A stretch of 64,000 bases of DNA from assembly GCA_964607465.1 (NCBI GenBank), contig CAZSKS010000007.1, forward strand, positions 15,507 through 79,506. Direction: 5' to 3'. The notes under the pieces are model-generated. The model ran no database searches. It was not told where the DNA came from and worked only from the letters and a program-made list of their open reading frames with translations. The translations under genes and the position numbers were made by a program. Of this stretch, positions 9,506-17,692 are shown piece by piece. Origin of the DNA: an uncultured Gemmatimonadota bacterium. GTDB lineage: Bacteria > Gemmatimonadota > Gemmatimonadetes > Palauibacterales > Palauibacteraceae. Numbering within the stretch: position 1 is the first letter of the stretch; every line of letters begins with the position of its first letter.

Positions 9506-11128
9506 TCAGTCACCCCGGACGGCCACGCGCTCCCGGACTTCCGCCACCTCGGGGCGTCCCGCGTCGGCGTCGGCGGTGAGCTCGGCGAACTCGCGGTAGT
9601 AGCCCTCGGCCAATTCCTCCCGCCCCGCGCGCTCGGCGGCCCGGGCGGCGCCCAGCAGGGAGTGATAGCGACGCGGCCAGGTCTCGAGGGAGGCCTCGTA
9701 GGCGTCCAGGGCCTCGGCCGGGCGGTCGACCTCCAGGAGGAGGTCGCCCAGCAGCTCGCCGGCCGGCTGCAGGGAGCCCGGCGTGATGGGGTGCTTCTCC
9801 ATCTCCGCCGCCTGCACGGCCGCCGCCCGCATCTCCTCCACGGCCTCCTGGCCCCGCCCGTCCGCCAGGGCGGCCCAGGCCGCCACGCTCCGGCGCTGGA
9901 CCTCCAGCTCCCGCGTCCAGTAGCCGTCGGCGGCCTCCCGCAGCTCGGCCAGACGCGCGGCGGCCGCCCGCGCCCCCTCGACGTCGCCCGAGCGCGCCGC
10001 GCCCAGTCCCCGGGCGAAGTGGGTCATGGCCTCGCCGGCGGGAAAGTCGTCCCAGGGGAAGGCGGCGGGCACGCGCGGCTCGAGGTCGGCCGCCCCGGCC
10101 CAGTCCCGCCGCTCCACGTGCCAGCGCGCGGGGATGGCCGCCAGGGCGTAGGCGCTGGCCAGGTGGGGCTGATAGTTCTCGCGAGAGCGCAGCTCTTCCA
10201 GCACCCCGGCCGCCTGCTCGTCCTCGCCCCGCTGGAGGTGGCCGTACATCAGGTAGTCCAGGGCGTGGGGGTAGTGGAGGGAGACGTCCTCGCCGGCCGG
10301 ATGCTCCAGGGCCGCGGCCGCCGAGCGTCGGTTCCACTCGATCACCCGCTCCCACGCGCCGGTCCGGACGTAGATGTGGCTCGGCATGTGGAGCGAGTGG
10401 GGGATGGAGGGGGCGATGTCCGAGTAGGCCTCCGCGAAGCGGACCCCGCCCTCGGCCCGCCCCTCCACGTCGTGGACGTGGATGGCGTAGTGGATGGCGC
10501 CGGGATGGCGGGGCATCCGCTCGTGGATCTCCTCGAGGATCCCGGCCGCCCGCTCCTGGTGGTCGGGCCGGTCGGGCCCCACCGAGAGATGGGCCAGCGC
10601 GTAGAGGGCGGCGGCCTCCGGGTCGTCGGGGTGGCGGCGATGGAGCTCCTCCATGGCCGTCTCCCAGCTCCGGACCCTCCCGGCGTATCCGGCGTCCGGG
10701 TCCTCGTAGAAGGCCAGGGCGGCCCGGGCGTAGAGCCGCTCGCGCTCGGTGGGGGGATCCAGCTCGACGGCCCGCTGGGCCGGCAGGCGGCCGGCCTCCA
10801 CGTCGGCGCTGCCCCAGAAGGGCTGGAAGCGCGCCATGGCGACGCCCCAGTGGGCCATGGCGCAGCCCTCCTCCGCGTCCGCCGCCTCCAGGAAGGTCTC
10901 CTCCGCCCGGGCGTACATCATGTGGTGCAGGAGCAGGAGGCCCCGCTCCAGGGACGACTGGACCGCGTCGGAGCAGGAGGTGGGGAACTGCACGGTCCCC
11001 AGGTCGGGCTCGGCGTCCGTCGTCTCCGTGTCGGGGGCGCCGCACGCCGCGGCGGCCAGGGCGAGGGCGGCCAGGAGCGGGACGGCGAGACGCACCGGCT
11101 GGCGGGGACGGGAATCGAGGGAGCGCAT
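9506..11128 (-). CDS. TPR-like lipoprotein of unknown function
   Basis: Full ORF with lipobox 'LAALALAAAAC' and a helical-repeat composition. Conserved-looking 'HSLHMPSHIYVRTG'. Confidence 0.65.
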   Translation of the reverse strand: MRSLDSRPRQPVRLAVPLLAALALAAAACGAPDTETTDAEPDLGTVQFPTSCSDAVQSSLERGLLLLHHMMYARAEETFLEAADAEEGCAMAHWGVAMARFQPFWGSADVEAGRLPAQRAVELDPPTERERLYARAALAFYEDPDAGYAGRVRSWETAMEELHRRHPDDPEAAALYALAHLSVGPDRPDHQERAAGILEEIHERMPRHPGAIHYAIHVHDVEGRAEGGVRFAEAYSDIAPSIPHSLHMPSHIYVRTGAWERVIEWNRRSAAAALEHPAGEDVSLHYPHALDYLMYGHLQRGEDEQAAGVLEELRSRENYQPHLASAYALAAIPARWHVERRDWAGAADLEPRVPAAFPWDDFPAGEAMTHFARGLGAARSGDVEGARAAAARLAELREAADGYWTRELEVQRRSVAAWAALADGRGQEAVEEMRAAAVQAAEMEKHPITPGSLQPAGELLGDLLLEVDRPAEALDAYEASLETWPRRYHSLLGAARAAERAGREELAEGYYREFAELTADADAGRPEVAEVRERVAVRGD

Positions 11129-11279
11129 GGCGGCATCCTCACTTGCAAGGGGAGATCAGGACGAGCCGGGGACAACGCGGTTCCGGTGTGGGCGAGCGGC
11201 CCGGGCACGGGACCGCGCCCCTGGCGCCCATCGTATCGGTAGCCCATCCTGTCGGGTGGCGCAACGGCGGGCCGGCGGG

Positions 11280-12455
11280 TCAGCCGCCCTCCAGCGCCTG
11301 CTCCAGGTCCCGGACGAGATCCTCCGATCGCTCCAGCCCGACGGACATCCGGAGCAGGCCGTCGCGGATCCCCGCCGTCCGGCGACGCTCGGGCGGGACG
11401 GAGGCGTGCGTCATGGAGGCGGAGTGCTGGATCAGCGTGGCGACGTCGCCCAGGGAGACGGCCAGGGTGCAGAGCTCCAGCCGGTCCACCATCCGCCGGG
11501 CGGCGTCGAGCCCGTCCAGCTCGAAGGCGACCATCCCGCCGAACCCCGACATCTGCCGGGCGGCCAGCTCGTGCTGCGGATGGGAGGGGAGCCCGGGGTG
11601 ATGGACCCGCTCCACGCGGGGATGCTCCTCCAGGAACCTCGCCACCTCGAGGGCGTTCCGGTTGTGCCGCTCCATCCGGACGGGCAGCGTCCGGAGCCCG
11701 CGCAGGACCAGCCACGCGCTGTCGGGAGCGATCACGCCTCCCAGGTGCTTCAGGGCTTCCCGCCGGACGCGGTCGAGGAGGTCCCGGGGACCGACCAGGG
11801 CGCCCGCCACCACGTCGCCGTGGCCGCCCAGGTACTTCGTGGCGCTGTGGACCACGACGTCGATGCCGCTCTCGAGGGGGCGCTGGTTGAACGGCGTGGC
11901 GAAGGTGTTGTCCGCCACGGTGAGGACCTCCCGCTCGCGACCCAGGCGGCCGACGGCCTCCAGGTCCACGAGGTCGAGCGTGGGGTTCGCCGGCGACTCG
12001 ACGTGGATCGCCCGGGTCTCGCTCCGGACCGCCGCCTCCAAGGCCCGCGGGTCGGTTCCGTCCACGTAGGTGACCCGGACGCCGTGGGTCGCCAGGAGCC
12101 CGTCCAGCAGCGAGGTGGTGGTGGCATAGAGCGCCCGGGGGGCGACGACGTGATCGCCGGGCTCCAGCAGGGTGAGGTACAGGCCCGAGATCGCGGCCAT
12201 CCCCGAGGCGAACGCCAGACCCGCCTCGCCCCCCTCCAACCGGGCGACGGCCTCCTCCAGGGCCCGCTGCGTCGGCGATCCCATCCGGCCGTAGAAGAAG
12301 CCGGGCTCGTCGCCCTCGTGGACGGCCGAGGCCCGGTCGACCGATCCGAAGCCGAAGGTGGAGGAGCGATGGAGGCCGGGCGACAGGCCGCCCAGGTCGC
12401 GCTCCGCGTCGCTGCCGGCCCGGACCGCCCGGGTGTGGATGGGGTCCTCAGCCAC
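11280..12455 (-). CDS. Cys/Met-metabolism PLP enzyme (cystathionine gamma-synthase/lyase or methionine gamma-lyase family)
   Basis: ORF 11280..12509. 'HSATKYLGGHGDVVAGALVG' contains the PLP-lysine motif. Start placed at GTG 12455, overlapping the upstream stop by 8 nt. Confidence 0.85.
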   Translation of the reverse strand: MAEDPIHTRAVRAGSDAERDLGGLSPGLHRSSTFGFGSVDRASAVHEGDEPGFFYGRMGSPTQRALEEAVARLEGGEAGLAFASGMAAISGLYLTLLEPGDHVVAPRALYATTTSLLDGLLATHGVRVTYVDGTDPRALEAAVRSETRAIHVESPANPTLDLVDLEAVGRLGREREVLTVADNTFATPFNQRPLESGIDVVVHSATKYLGGHGDVVAGALVGPRDLLDRVRREALKHLGGVIAPDSAWLVLRGLRTLPVRMERHNRNALEVARFLEEHPRVERVHHPGLPSHPQHELAARQMSGFGGMVAFELDGLDAARRMVDRLELCTLAVSLGDVATLIQHSASMTHASVPPERRRTAGIRDGLLRMSVGLERSEDLVRDLEQALEGG

Positions 12456-13887
12456 AGGCCGCCTCCAGGGCCGCGTCCGCCTCCGGGGCGGCGTCCGCCG
12501 AGCAGGCACCCGTCTCCGGGAGCGCCAGCTCCACGCTCCGGGCGGCCGCCTCGTCGCCGGCCAGGGCGGCCACCACGGAGCGGACCTGCTCGTAGCCGGT
12601 GGGGAGCAGGAACGTGGGGGCCCGGCCGTAGCTCTTCATCCCCACCAGGTAGAAGCCCGGCTCCGGATGGCGGAGCTCCGCCTCGCCGTGGGCCGGCACG
12701 GTGCCGCAGGAGTGGACGTTGGGATCGATCAGGGGGCCGAGCTGCCGGGGCGCCTCCGTCAGCGGATCCAGGTCCAGCCGCAGCTCGCGCAGCATCTCCA
12801 GGTCGGGCCGGAAGCCGGTCACGCCCACGATCCGGTCCGCCGCGAGCGTCCGGCCGTCGTCGTCCACCAGGAGGACCGCATCCTCCCGCTCCCGCACGGC
12901 CACGGTCCCGAAGCCCGTCACCATCCGCACCTTCCCGGACTCGACCAGCCGGCCGAGCCGCCGCTCCAGCGCCCCCCGGGCGGCGAGCTCGTCGTCCCGG
13001 TCGTCCCGGAAGATCCGCTCGGGCCGCTCGCCCCGCAGGATCCACAGGGGCTCCGTCTCCGGGGCGTCCTCCGACAGCCGAACGAGGTCCAGGAGCACGT
13101 TGGCCGCCGAGTGGCCGGCGCCCACCACGGCGGTCCTCCGGCCGGCGTAGCGCTCCCGGTCGTCTCCGAGGACGTCCGGGAGGCCGTACTCGATCCGATG
13201 GGCCGCGGCCTCCTCGCCGACGGCCGGCAGCCCGTGGGCCCCGAGGGGCCGGGGTCGGGTCCACGTCCCCGACGCGTCGATCACCGCCCGGGCCCGCAGG
13301 TGGCCCGGCGTCCCGCCCGTCTCGTAGCGCAGGAGGAAGGGAGCCTCCCGCCGGTCGTCCCGCCCCTTGAGGCGGTCCCGACCCACCCTCGTGACCCCGG
13401 TGACGCGGTGCCGGTAGTGGATCACCCGCCGGATCTCCGGCAGATCCGCCAGCGGCTCCAGGTACTCCTTCACGAGATCGTCACCCGTGGGAAGCTCGTC
13501 CGGCGGCGGGGGCGTCCAGCCGGCCGACTCCAGCATCTCCTTCGCCACCGGATCCAGGCACAGCTCCCACGGCGAGAACAGGCGGACATGACCCCACTCC
13601 CGGACCGAGGCCCCGGCCGCGGCGCCGGCCTCCAGCACGACGGCCGGCTGTCCCCGCCGGACCAGGCGGGCGGCGGCGGCGAGGCCCACGGGCCCGGCGC
13701 CGATGACCGCCACCGGAAGCTCCTCCCCCTCGGACGCGTCGGCCCCGGTGCCGCCGGACGACACGGCAGCCCGCTCCAGCAGGTGCGGCGGGGCGCAGCA
13801 GGCCGACGCCACCGTCTCTTCCTCCTCTCGGGACGAGAAGCGATCCCTCAGGGACATGATCAGGGAAGACACGTGATCGAGATTCAT
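12448..13887 (-). CDS. FAD/NAD(P)-binding oxidoreductase (flavin monooxygenase-like) with a Cys-Cys N-terminal extension
   Basis: ORF 12448..14055. Start placed at ATG 13887 ('MNLDHVSS'). Dinucleotide fold 'VAVIGAGPVGLAAAARL' and a second 'VVGAGHSAANV'. N-terminal 'SACCAPP'. Confidence 0.75.
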   Translation of the reverse strand: MNLDHVSSLIMSLRDRFSSREEEETVASACCAPPHLLERAAVSSGGTGADASEGEELPVAVIGAGPVGLAAAARLVRRGQPAVVLEAGAAAGASVREWGHVRLFSPWELCLDPVAKEMLESAGWTPPPPDELPTGDDLVKEYLEPLADLPEIRRVIHYRHRVTGVTRVGRDRLKGRDDRREAPFLLRYETGGTPGHLRARAVIDASGTWTRPRPLGAHGLPAVGEEAAAHRIEYGLPDVLGDDRERYAGRRTAVVGAGHSAANVLLDLVRLSEDAPETEPLWILRGERPERIFRDDRDDELAARGALERRLGRLVESGKVRMVTGFGTVAVREREDAVLLVDDDGRTLAADRIVGVTGFRPDLEMLRELRLDLDPLTEAPRQLGPLIDPNVHSCGTVPAHGEAELRHPEPGFYLVGMKSYGRAPTFLLPTGYEQVRSVVAALAGDEAAARSVELALPETGACSADAAPEADAALEAACG

Positions 13888-13952
13888 TGATCCAACTTTC
13901 TTTATGTGAAGGGCCAAAAAAACGTACGGGCCCGACCGGGAGCCACCTCGCG

Positions 13953-14297
13953 TCACGCCGTGGCGAGCGGCCGGGCCGCCACGGCATCGCCCAGGCCGTC
14001 CATGAAAGCCCGGAGCGTCTCCAACCCGTCCTTCGAGACCCGGTAGTGCACCCACCGGCCGCGCCTCTCGGCCGCCACGAGGCCGGCCTCGCGCAGGACC
14101 TTCATGTGGTAGCTCGTCGCCGGCTGGGAGAGGTCCAGGTGGTCCTGGACGTCACAGGCGCACACGGCGTCGTCCGCCCCCGGCCCGCCCGGCTGGCGCC
14201 ACGCGATGAAGCGCAGGGCCCGGAGCCGGCGGACGTCGCTCAGCGCGCCGAAGACATCGGCCAGCCGCTCGTCGTCGATCGTGCTTTCGTCGCTCAT
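13953..14297 (-). CDS. ArsR/SmtB family transcriptional regulator
   Basis: 114 aa. wHTH 'LSQPATSYHMKVLREAGLV'. 'VCACDV' sits at the position of the ArsR CxC metalloid site. Confidence 0.85.
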   Translation of the reverse strand: MSDESTIDDERLADVFGALSDVRRLRALRFIAWRQPGGPGADDAVCACDVQDHLDLSQPATSYHMKVLREAGLVAAERRGRWVHYRVSKDGLETLRAFMDGLGDAVAARPLATA

Positions 14298-14392
14298 GAT
14301 AGATCAAGCTTATTTTATGTGTGGGGCGCTGTCAAGCGACGGGGTCCCGTCGCCCGGGGGACGGACCCGGCGGCGCCCCGTTCGCCGCCCGC

Positions 14393-15307
14393 CTACTTGC
14401 CGCCGTTCGCCTGCAGGTCCACGATTCCCAGCGAATCGAGCGGGGGCACCTCGCCGCCCTGCAGGTTCTGGATGAAGTCGGTGGTCTCGACCTGGTGGTA
14501 CATGAGGGTGCCCTCCTCCGTGCAGTGGGCGCCGTTCGCCGCGTCGTGGTGGTCGTTCGGGCCGCCCTCCTCCCCCTGCATGGGCGTGCCGCTGTTCACC
14601 AGCCCGAGGATGTGGCCCATCTCGTGTCGGATGGAGGCCGCCTCGATGACCTCCCTCGGGGGGGCGCCGACCCCTCCGGTGTTGTCGCGGATCACCTCCT
14701 CGAAGATCGCCATCGACGTGTTGAAGTACGCGATCCCCAGCACGTTCTGCTCCTCGAACTCGCCGTCCAGGAAGAGATAGTAGGCGGCCAGCTCGCTCCC
14801 CTCGGTGAAGGTGTCCCGGTGGGTCCCCTCGAGGTCCCGCACCTCGTCGGCCGAGTAGGGGCTCTGTCCCGGCGAGGGGATCGCGTCGTCCAGGACGACG
14901 CTGACGCCGCCGGGCTTGTGCAGGCGGCGCTCGAGGAAGACCCGGAGGCTGTCGACGGCCTCCGGGCTCGGCTGGAGCCCCTCCACGTGGTCGATCTCGA
15001 CGGTGAGGCTCGTGAACGTCTCGTCCGACAGGAAGGCCCGGGCAGACGCCCCCGGCACCCGGGTGTGGGAGAAGCCCTGGCCCCCGTCGCCGCCGGTGTC
15101 GTCGTCCCCGGGCCCGGTGGCGCCGTCGCCGCAGCCAGCCGCGAGGGCGAGGAGCGCGGCGGACAGCAGGAGACGCCCCGACGTACGGGCGAGCGGGAAG
15201 GATCGGGAGGGCGGGAGGGATCGCGCGGGCGGTCGTTCGAGGGCGGACGGGGGCGCGGTCACGGAGGGGCACCCGACGGCGGTTCCGAGCTGACCGGGGC
15301 TTCGCAT
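14393..15307 (-). CDS. Putative zinc metalloprotease lipoprotein (HExxH)
   Basis: ORF 14393..15451. Start placed at ATG 15307 with GGAGGA upstream. Lipobox 'LLALAAGC'. Zincin motif 'IRHEMGHILGL'. Confidence 0.65.
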   Translation of the reverse strand: MRSPGQLGTAVGCPSVTAPPSALERPPARSLPPSRSFPLARTSGRLLLSAALLALAAGCGDGATGPGDDDTGGDGGQGFSHTRVPGASARAFLSDETFTSLTVEIDHVEGLQPSPEAVDSLRVFLERRLHKPGGVSVVLDDAIPSPGQSPYSADEVRDLEGTHRDTFTEGSELAAYYLFLDGEFEEQNVLGIAYFNTSMAIFEEVIRDNTGGVGAPPREVIEAASIRHEMGHILGLVNSGTPMQGEEGGPNDHHDAANGAHCTEEGTLMYHQVETTDFIQNLQGGEVPPLDSLGIVDLQANGGK

Positions 15308-15361
15308 GCGAGCTGATCCTCCCCTGTCGTAGGTCCTTGCCGTCACCCCGTGCGGCCTCCC

Positions 15362-15478
15362 CGCGGGGCGGGATTTTCTGACCGAAGGGAACGTCCCTTC
15401 ACAAGCGGCCTCAGGCTCATCAGAAATGCGACGGTCCCGGGATTCCTGCAACCTGCACCGACATCACCGCTCGACGTC
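15362..15478 (-). repeat. Decayed third copy of the tRNA-Ile 3' fragment plus island arm (att remnant)
   Basis: Hand alignment: 15404-15457 vs 22619-22672 gives 46/54 identities, with weaker similarity to about 15478/22694. T-arm-like 'GGGATTTTCTGACC' at 15369-15383. Inserted 7-bp hairpin GAAGGGA-acg-TCCCTTC at 15384-15400. Confidence 0.55.
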
Positions 15479-15568
15479 GGGCTCGTCGAGGAACGGGCCT
15501 CTCCCGGGGAACGAATCCTCTCCGTCAGAGCCGCGAATCCGGAAGCGGCAGTGAATCGTGGTAGGCTT

Positions 15569-16096
15569 TCAAGACGAGGAGTCGGACGAGGGCGGGCCGT
15601 TCTCGCTCCGCGCGAACACTTCCTCGGAGGTGAGTCCGTACAGCGCGGGCGTTTCCACGGAGACCATGCGGAGCATGAGATAGAGCTGTCCCCGGTGGTG
15701 GACCTCGTGCTCGATCATCGCTCGCAGCCATTTCCAGGTGCGGAGCTCGGCTCCGGCGGGCGTGGTGCAGGGACGCTCCAGGTCGGCGTCGGTCAGCTCC
15801 CCGTACAGCTCGAACGCCTCCCGCCGGCACCGTCTCCAGAAGGCCCGCACTTCTTCCGCGCCCTCGGCCAGCTCCGGACCGTGGCCGGGATACCGGCTGG
15901 GCCGCCCCCGCACGTTCTCGGCGAACATGTAGCGCTCCAGCGCCGCGACGTGCCGAACGAGGTCGGCGAAGGAGAACGCCTCCGGCTCCGGCCGCCAGTC
16001 GAAGCGACCGTCCGGGACGAGGTCCACGACCCGCTGCGTTCGTTCCCGGACCCGGGCCAGATAGTCCACGAAAACGTCGATCGACCGGATCTCCAT
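15569..16096 (-). CDS. DinB-family protein
   Basis: 175 aa. DinB-type His triad context 'LVRHVAALERYMF' ... 'MIEHEVHHRGQLYLMLR'. Confidence 0.8.
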   Translation of the reverse strand: MEIRSIDVFVDYLARVRERTQRVVDLVPDGRFDWRPEPEAFSFADLVRHVAALERYMFAENVRGRPSRYPGHGPELAEGAEEVRAFWRRCRREAFELYGELTDADLERPCTTPAGAELRTWKWLRAMIEHEVHHRGQLYLMLRMVSVETPALYGLTSEEVFARSENGPPSSDSSS

Positions 16097-16126
16097 GTCA
16101 CTCCCTCCAGATCTGCCGTGGGGACT

Positions 16127-16681
16127 TCACCTGTCGAGAATCGGCAGGTAGGTACGCCAGGGGCCGACCGCCTCCCGGTACTGCTTGGAGACGACTCTCG
16201 CGATCTGAGCCAGATGACTCAGGTCATGCGTGGTCCACGTGGCCAGCAGCTGCCGGAGGCTGACGCGCCCGAGGGCGGGATGCTCTCCCTCGAGGCCCAG
16301 CTGCTCCTCCGACAGATCCCAACTCCGCAGCGTCGAGAGGTTCTCCGCCCTGAGCTCGGTGAATTCATCGAGAACCGCCGTCATGCTCTTGCCCTCGCTC
16401 TCCTCGCAGTGAGCGAAGCGGTCGAGCGGAGGAAAGGTCACGTCCGAACCGTGCTCGAGGATGGTGCGAGCGCGCTGGATCCAGTTCGTACGCTCGGTAT
16501 GGACCAGGTGAGCCACGTTGTCGAAAGCGCTGAACGTGTCGGCGCCCTCGTTCGGTGTGGTCCACTCCCCGGAGAGACCTTCCAGGAGAGCCCGGAGCAC
16601 GCCGGGGGTGCGTTCGAGGATCTCGAGCGATCGGGTCAGATTGAACTCCATCGCCATGCCCCGTGAGTTCATCGCGTTCAT
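16127..16681 (-). CDS. DinB_2-like protein
   Basis: 184 aa. 'FSAFDNVAHLVHTE' ... 'LATWTTHDLSHLAQI'. The true start may be ATG 16657 or 16651. Confidence 0.75.
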   Translation of the reverse strand: MNAMNSRGMAMEFNLTRSLEILERTPGVLRALLEGLSGEWTTPNEGADTFSAFDNVAHLVHTERTNWIQRARTILEHGSDVTFPPLDRFAHCEESEGKSMTAVLDEFTELRAENLSTLRSWDLSEEQLGLEGEHPALGRVSLRQLLATWTTHDLSHLAQIARVVSKQYREAVGPWRTYLPILDR

Positions 16682-17162
16682 GGGTGAGGATCGGACGGCA
16701 CTGCGCTCCCGCGCGTGAACGGCTTCCGACCAGGCGGTCGGCCAGTCGGTCCACGGTGCGCCGCACGCTCTCGGGGACGCGGACCGTTTCCCAGCCTTCA
16801 GAGGCGGCGGATGCGCGTCTGGAGCGTGCGATGATCCTTACGCTGTCGTCGCCGCTGAGGACCGAGACGTCGCTGACGACGAACGTCGAGGACCCGTCGT
16901 CGGCCAGCTCGAACTTCTCCCCGGAGATGAGCCCGGCTCTCACGTCGATGATCTTCATGTCGAATCCGAACGTCTCGAGACAGCGGCGCGCCTCGCTCAA
17001 CGGACGCTCGAACGCCGGAGAGGGGGCCACGCTGGACGTGTACTCCGTAAGGGCGCCCGCGCAGGCGGCGAGAGCGACGGCCGTCACGCCGATCCACGGA
17101 GAAGCCGGGTGGGGGCGTCCGAGTCGGACACGGGAGGCCAGCTTCGACACCTCGGTATCCAT
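16365..17162 (-). CDS. Hypothetical exported protein. The formal ORF overlaps the DinB_2 gene by about 290 nt, so the 3' end is doubtful.
   Basis: The N-terminal ~160 codons look protein-like ('VTAVALAAC', 'KIIDVRAGLISGEKFELADDGSSTFVVSDVSVL'). The remainder reads like out-of-frame translation of the neighbouring gene. Confidence 0.3.
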   Translation of the reverse strand: MDTEVSKLASRVRLGRPHPASPWIGVTAVALAACAGALTEYTSSVAPSPAFERPLSEARRCLETFGFDMKIIDVRAGLISGEKFELADDGSSTFVVSDVSVLSGDDSVRIIARSRRASAASEGWETVRVPESVRRTVDRLADRLVGSRSRAGAQCRPILTHERDELTGHGDGVQSDPIARDPRTHPRRAPGSPGRSLRGVDHTERGRRHVQRFRQRGSPGPYRAYELDPARSHHPRARFGRDLSSARPLRSLRGERGQEHDGGSR

Positions 17163-17165
17163 CCC

Positions 17166-17666
17166 TCACCTCTGCGAGCTGGCCTCGGGCGGCGCCTCGA
17201 GCCGCTTCTCGAACCAGTGGTGGGCGTAGGGCTCGTCGTTGAACGGCTCGACTTCCTCGTAGCCCGCCGACCGATAGAGGCGGATCGCCTCCGTCAGCGT
17301 CCGGTTCGTCTCCAGCCTGACCTTCGTGACGCCACGGAGCCGCGCCTGCTTCTCGAGCTCGTCCAGGAGACGCCGTCCGAGGCCGAGGCCACGGGTCGCC
17401 GGGTCCACCCACATGCGCTTGATCTCCGCCGGATCGTCCCCGTGGAGCTTCAGGGCCCCACACCCGACCGGGTCCCCGTGAAGGCGGGCGAGCAGGAGGA
17501 GTCCTTCCGGCTCGGTGAGCTCATCGGCGTCCGCCGAGATGCTCCGATCGGGATCGAACCCGTCCTCGAAGCGACCGTCGAGCTCGTCGAAATAGGCGTC
17601 GAGGCAGTACCGGGCGTCGTCGCTCGTAGGGTCGGCGACTTCGAACTCCAGCCTGTCGTCGTCCAT
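17166..17666 (-). CDS. GNAT family N-acetyltransferase
   Basis: ORF 17166..18632. Start placed at ATG 17666 behind AAGGAGA. Acetyl-CoA motif 'RMWVDPATRGLGLGRRLLDELE'. Confidence 0.85.
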   Translation of the reverse strand: MDDDRLEFEVADPTSDDARYCLDAYFDELDGRFEDGFDPDRSISADADELTEPEGLLLLARLHGDPVGCGALKLHGDDPAEIKRMWVDPATRGLGLGRRLLDELEKQARLRGVTKVRLETNRTLTEAIRLYRSAGYEEVEPFNDEPYAHHWFEKRLEAPPEASSQR

Positions 17667-17692
17667 TTCTCGTCTCCTTCCGACAGCCGGGC

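Noticed and set aside
11131-11190. A possible fourth, even more decayed tRNA-Ile fragment ('CCTCAC...ATCAGGA') just upstream of the TPR lipoprotein gene.
   Set aside because: Only two short words match, with different spacing. That is within chance expectation without statistics.
15318-15330. TCCCCTGTC near 15320 resembles the reverse complement of the GGATGGACAGG arm repeat.
   Set aside because: It overlaps the Shine-Dalgarno region of the metalloprotease gene, is in the opposite orientation, and is a single 9-mer match. It is probably a coincidence.
15350-16666. A 438-aa plus-strand ORF spanning the decayed att copy and both DinB genes.
   Set aside because: It is antisense to two motif-supported DinB genes and its translation is featureless.
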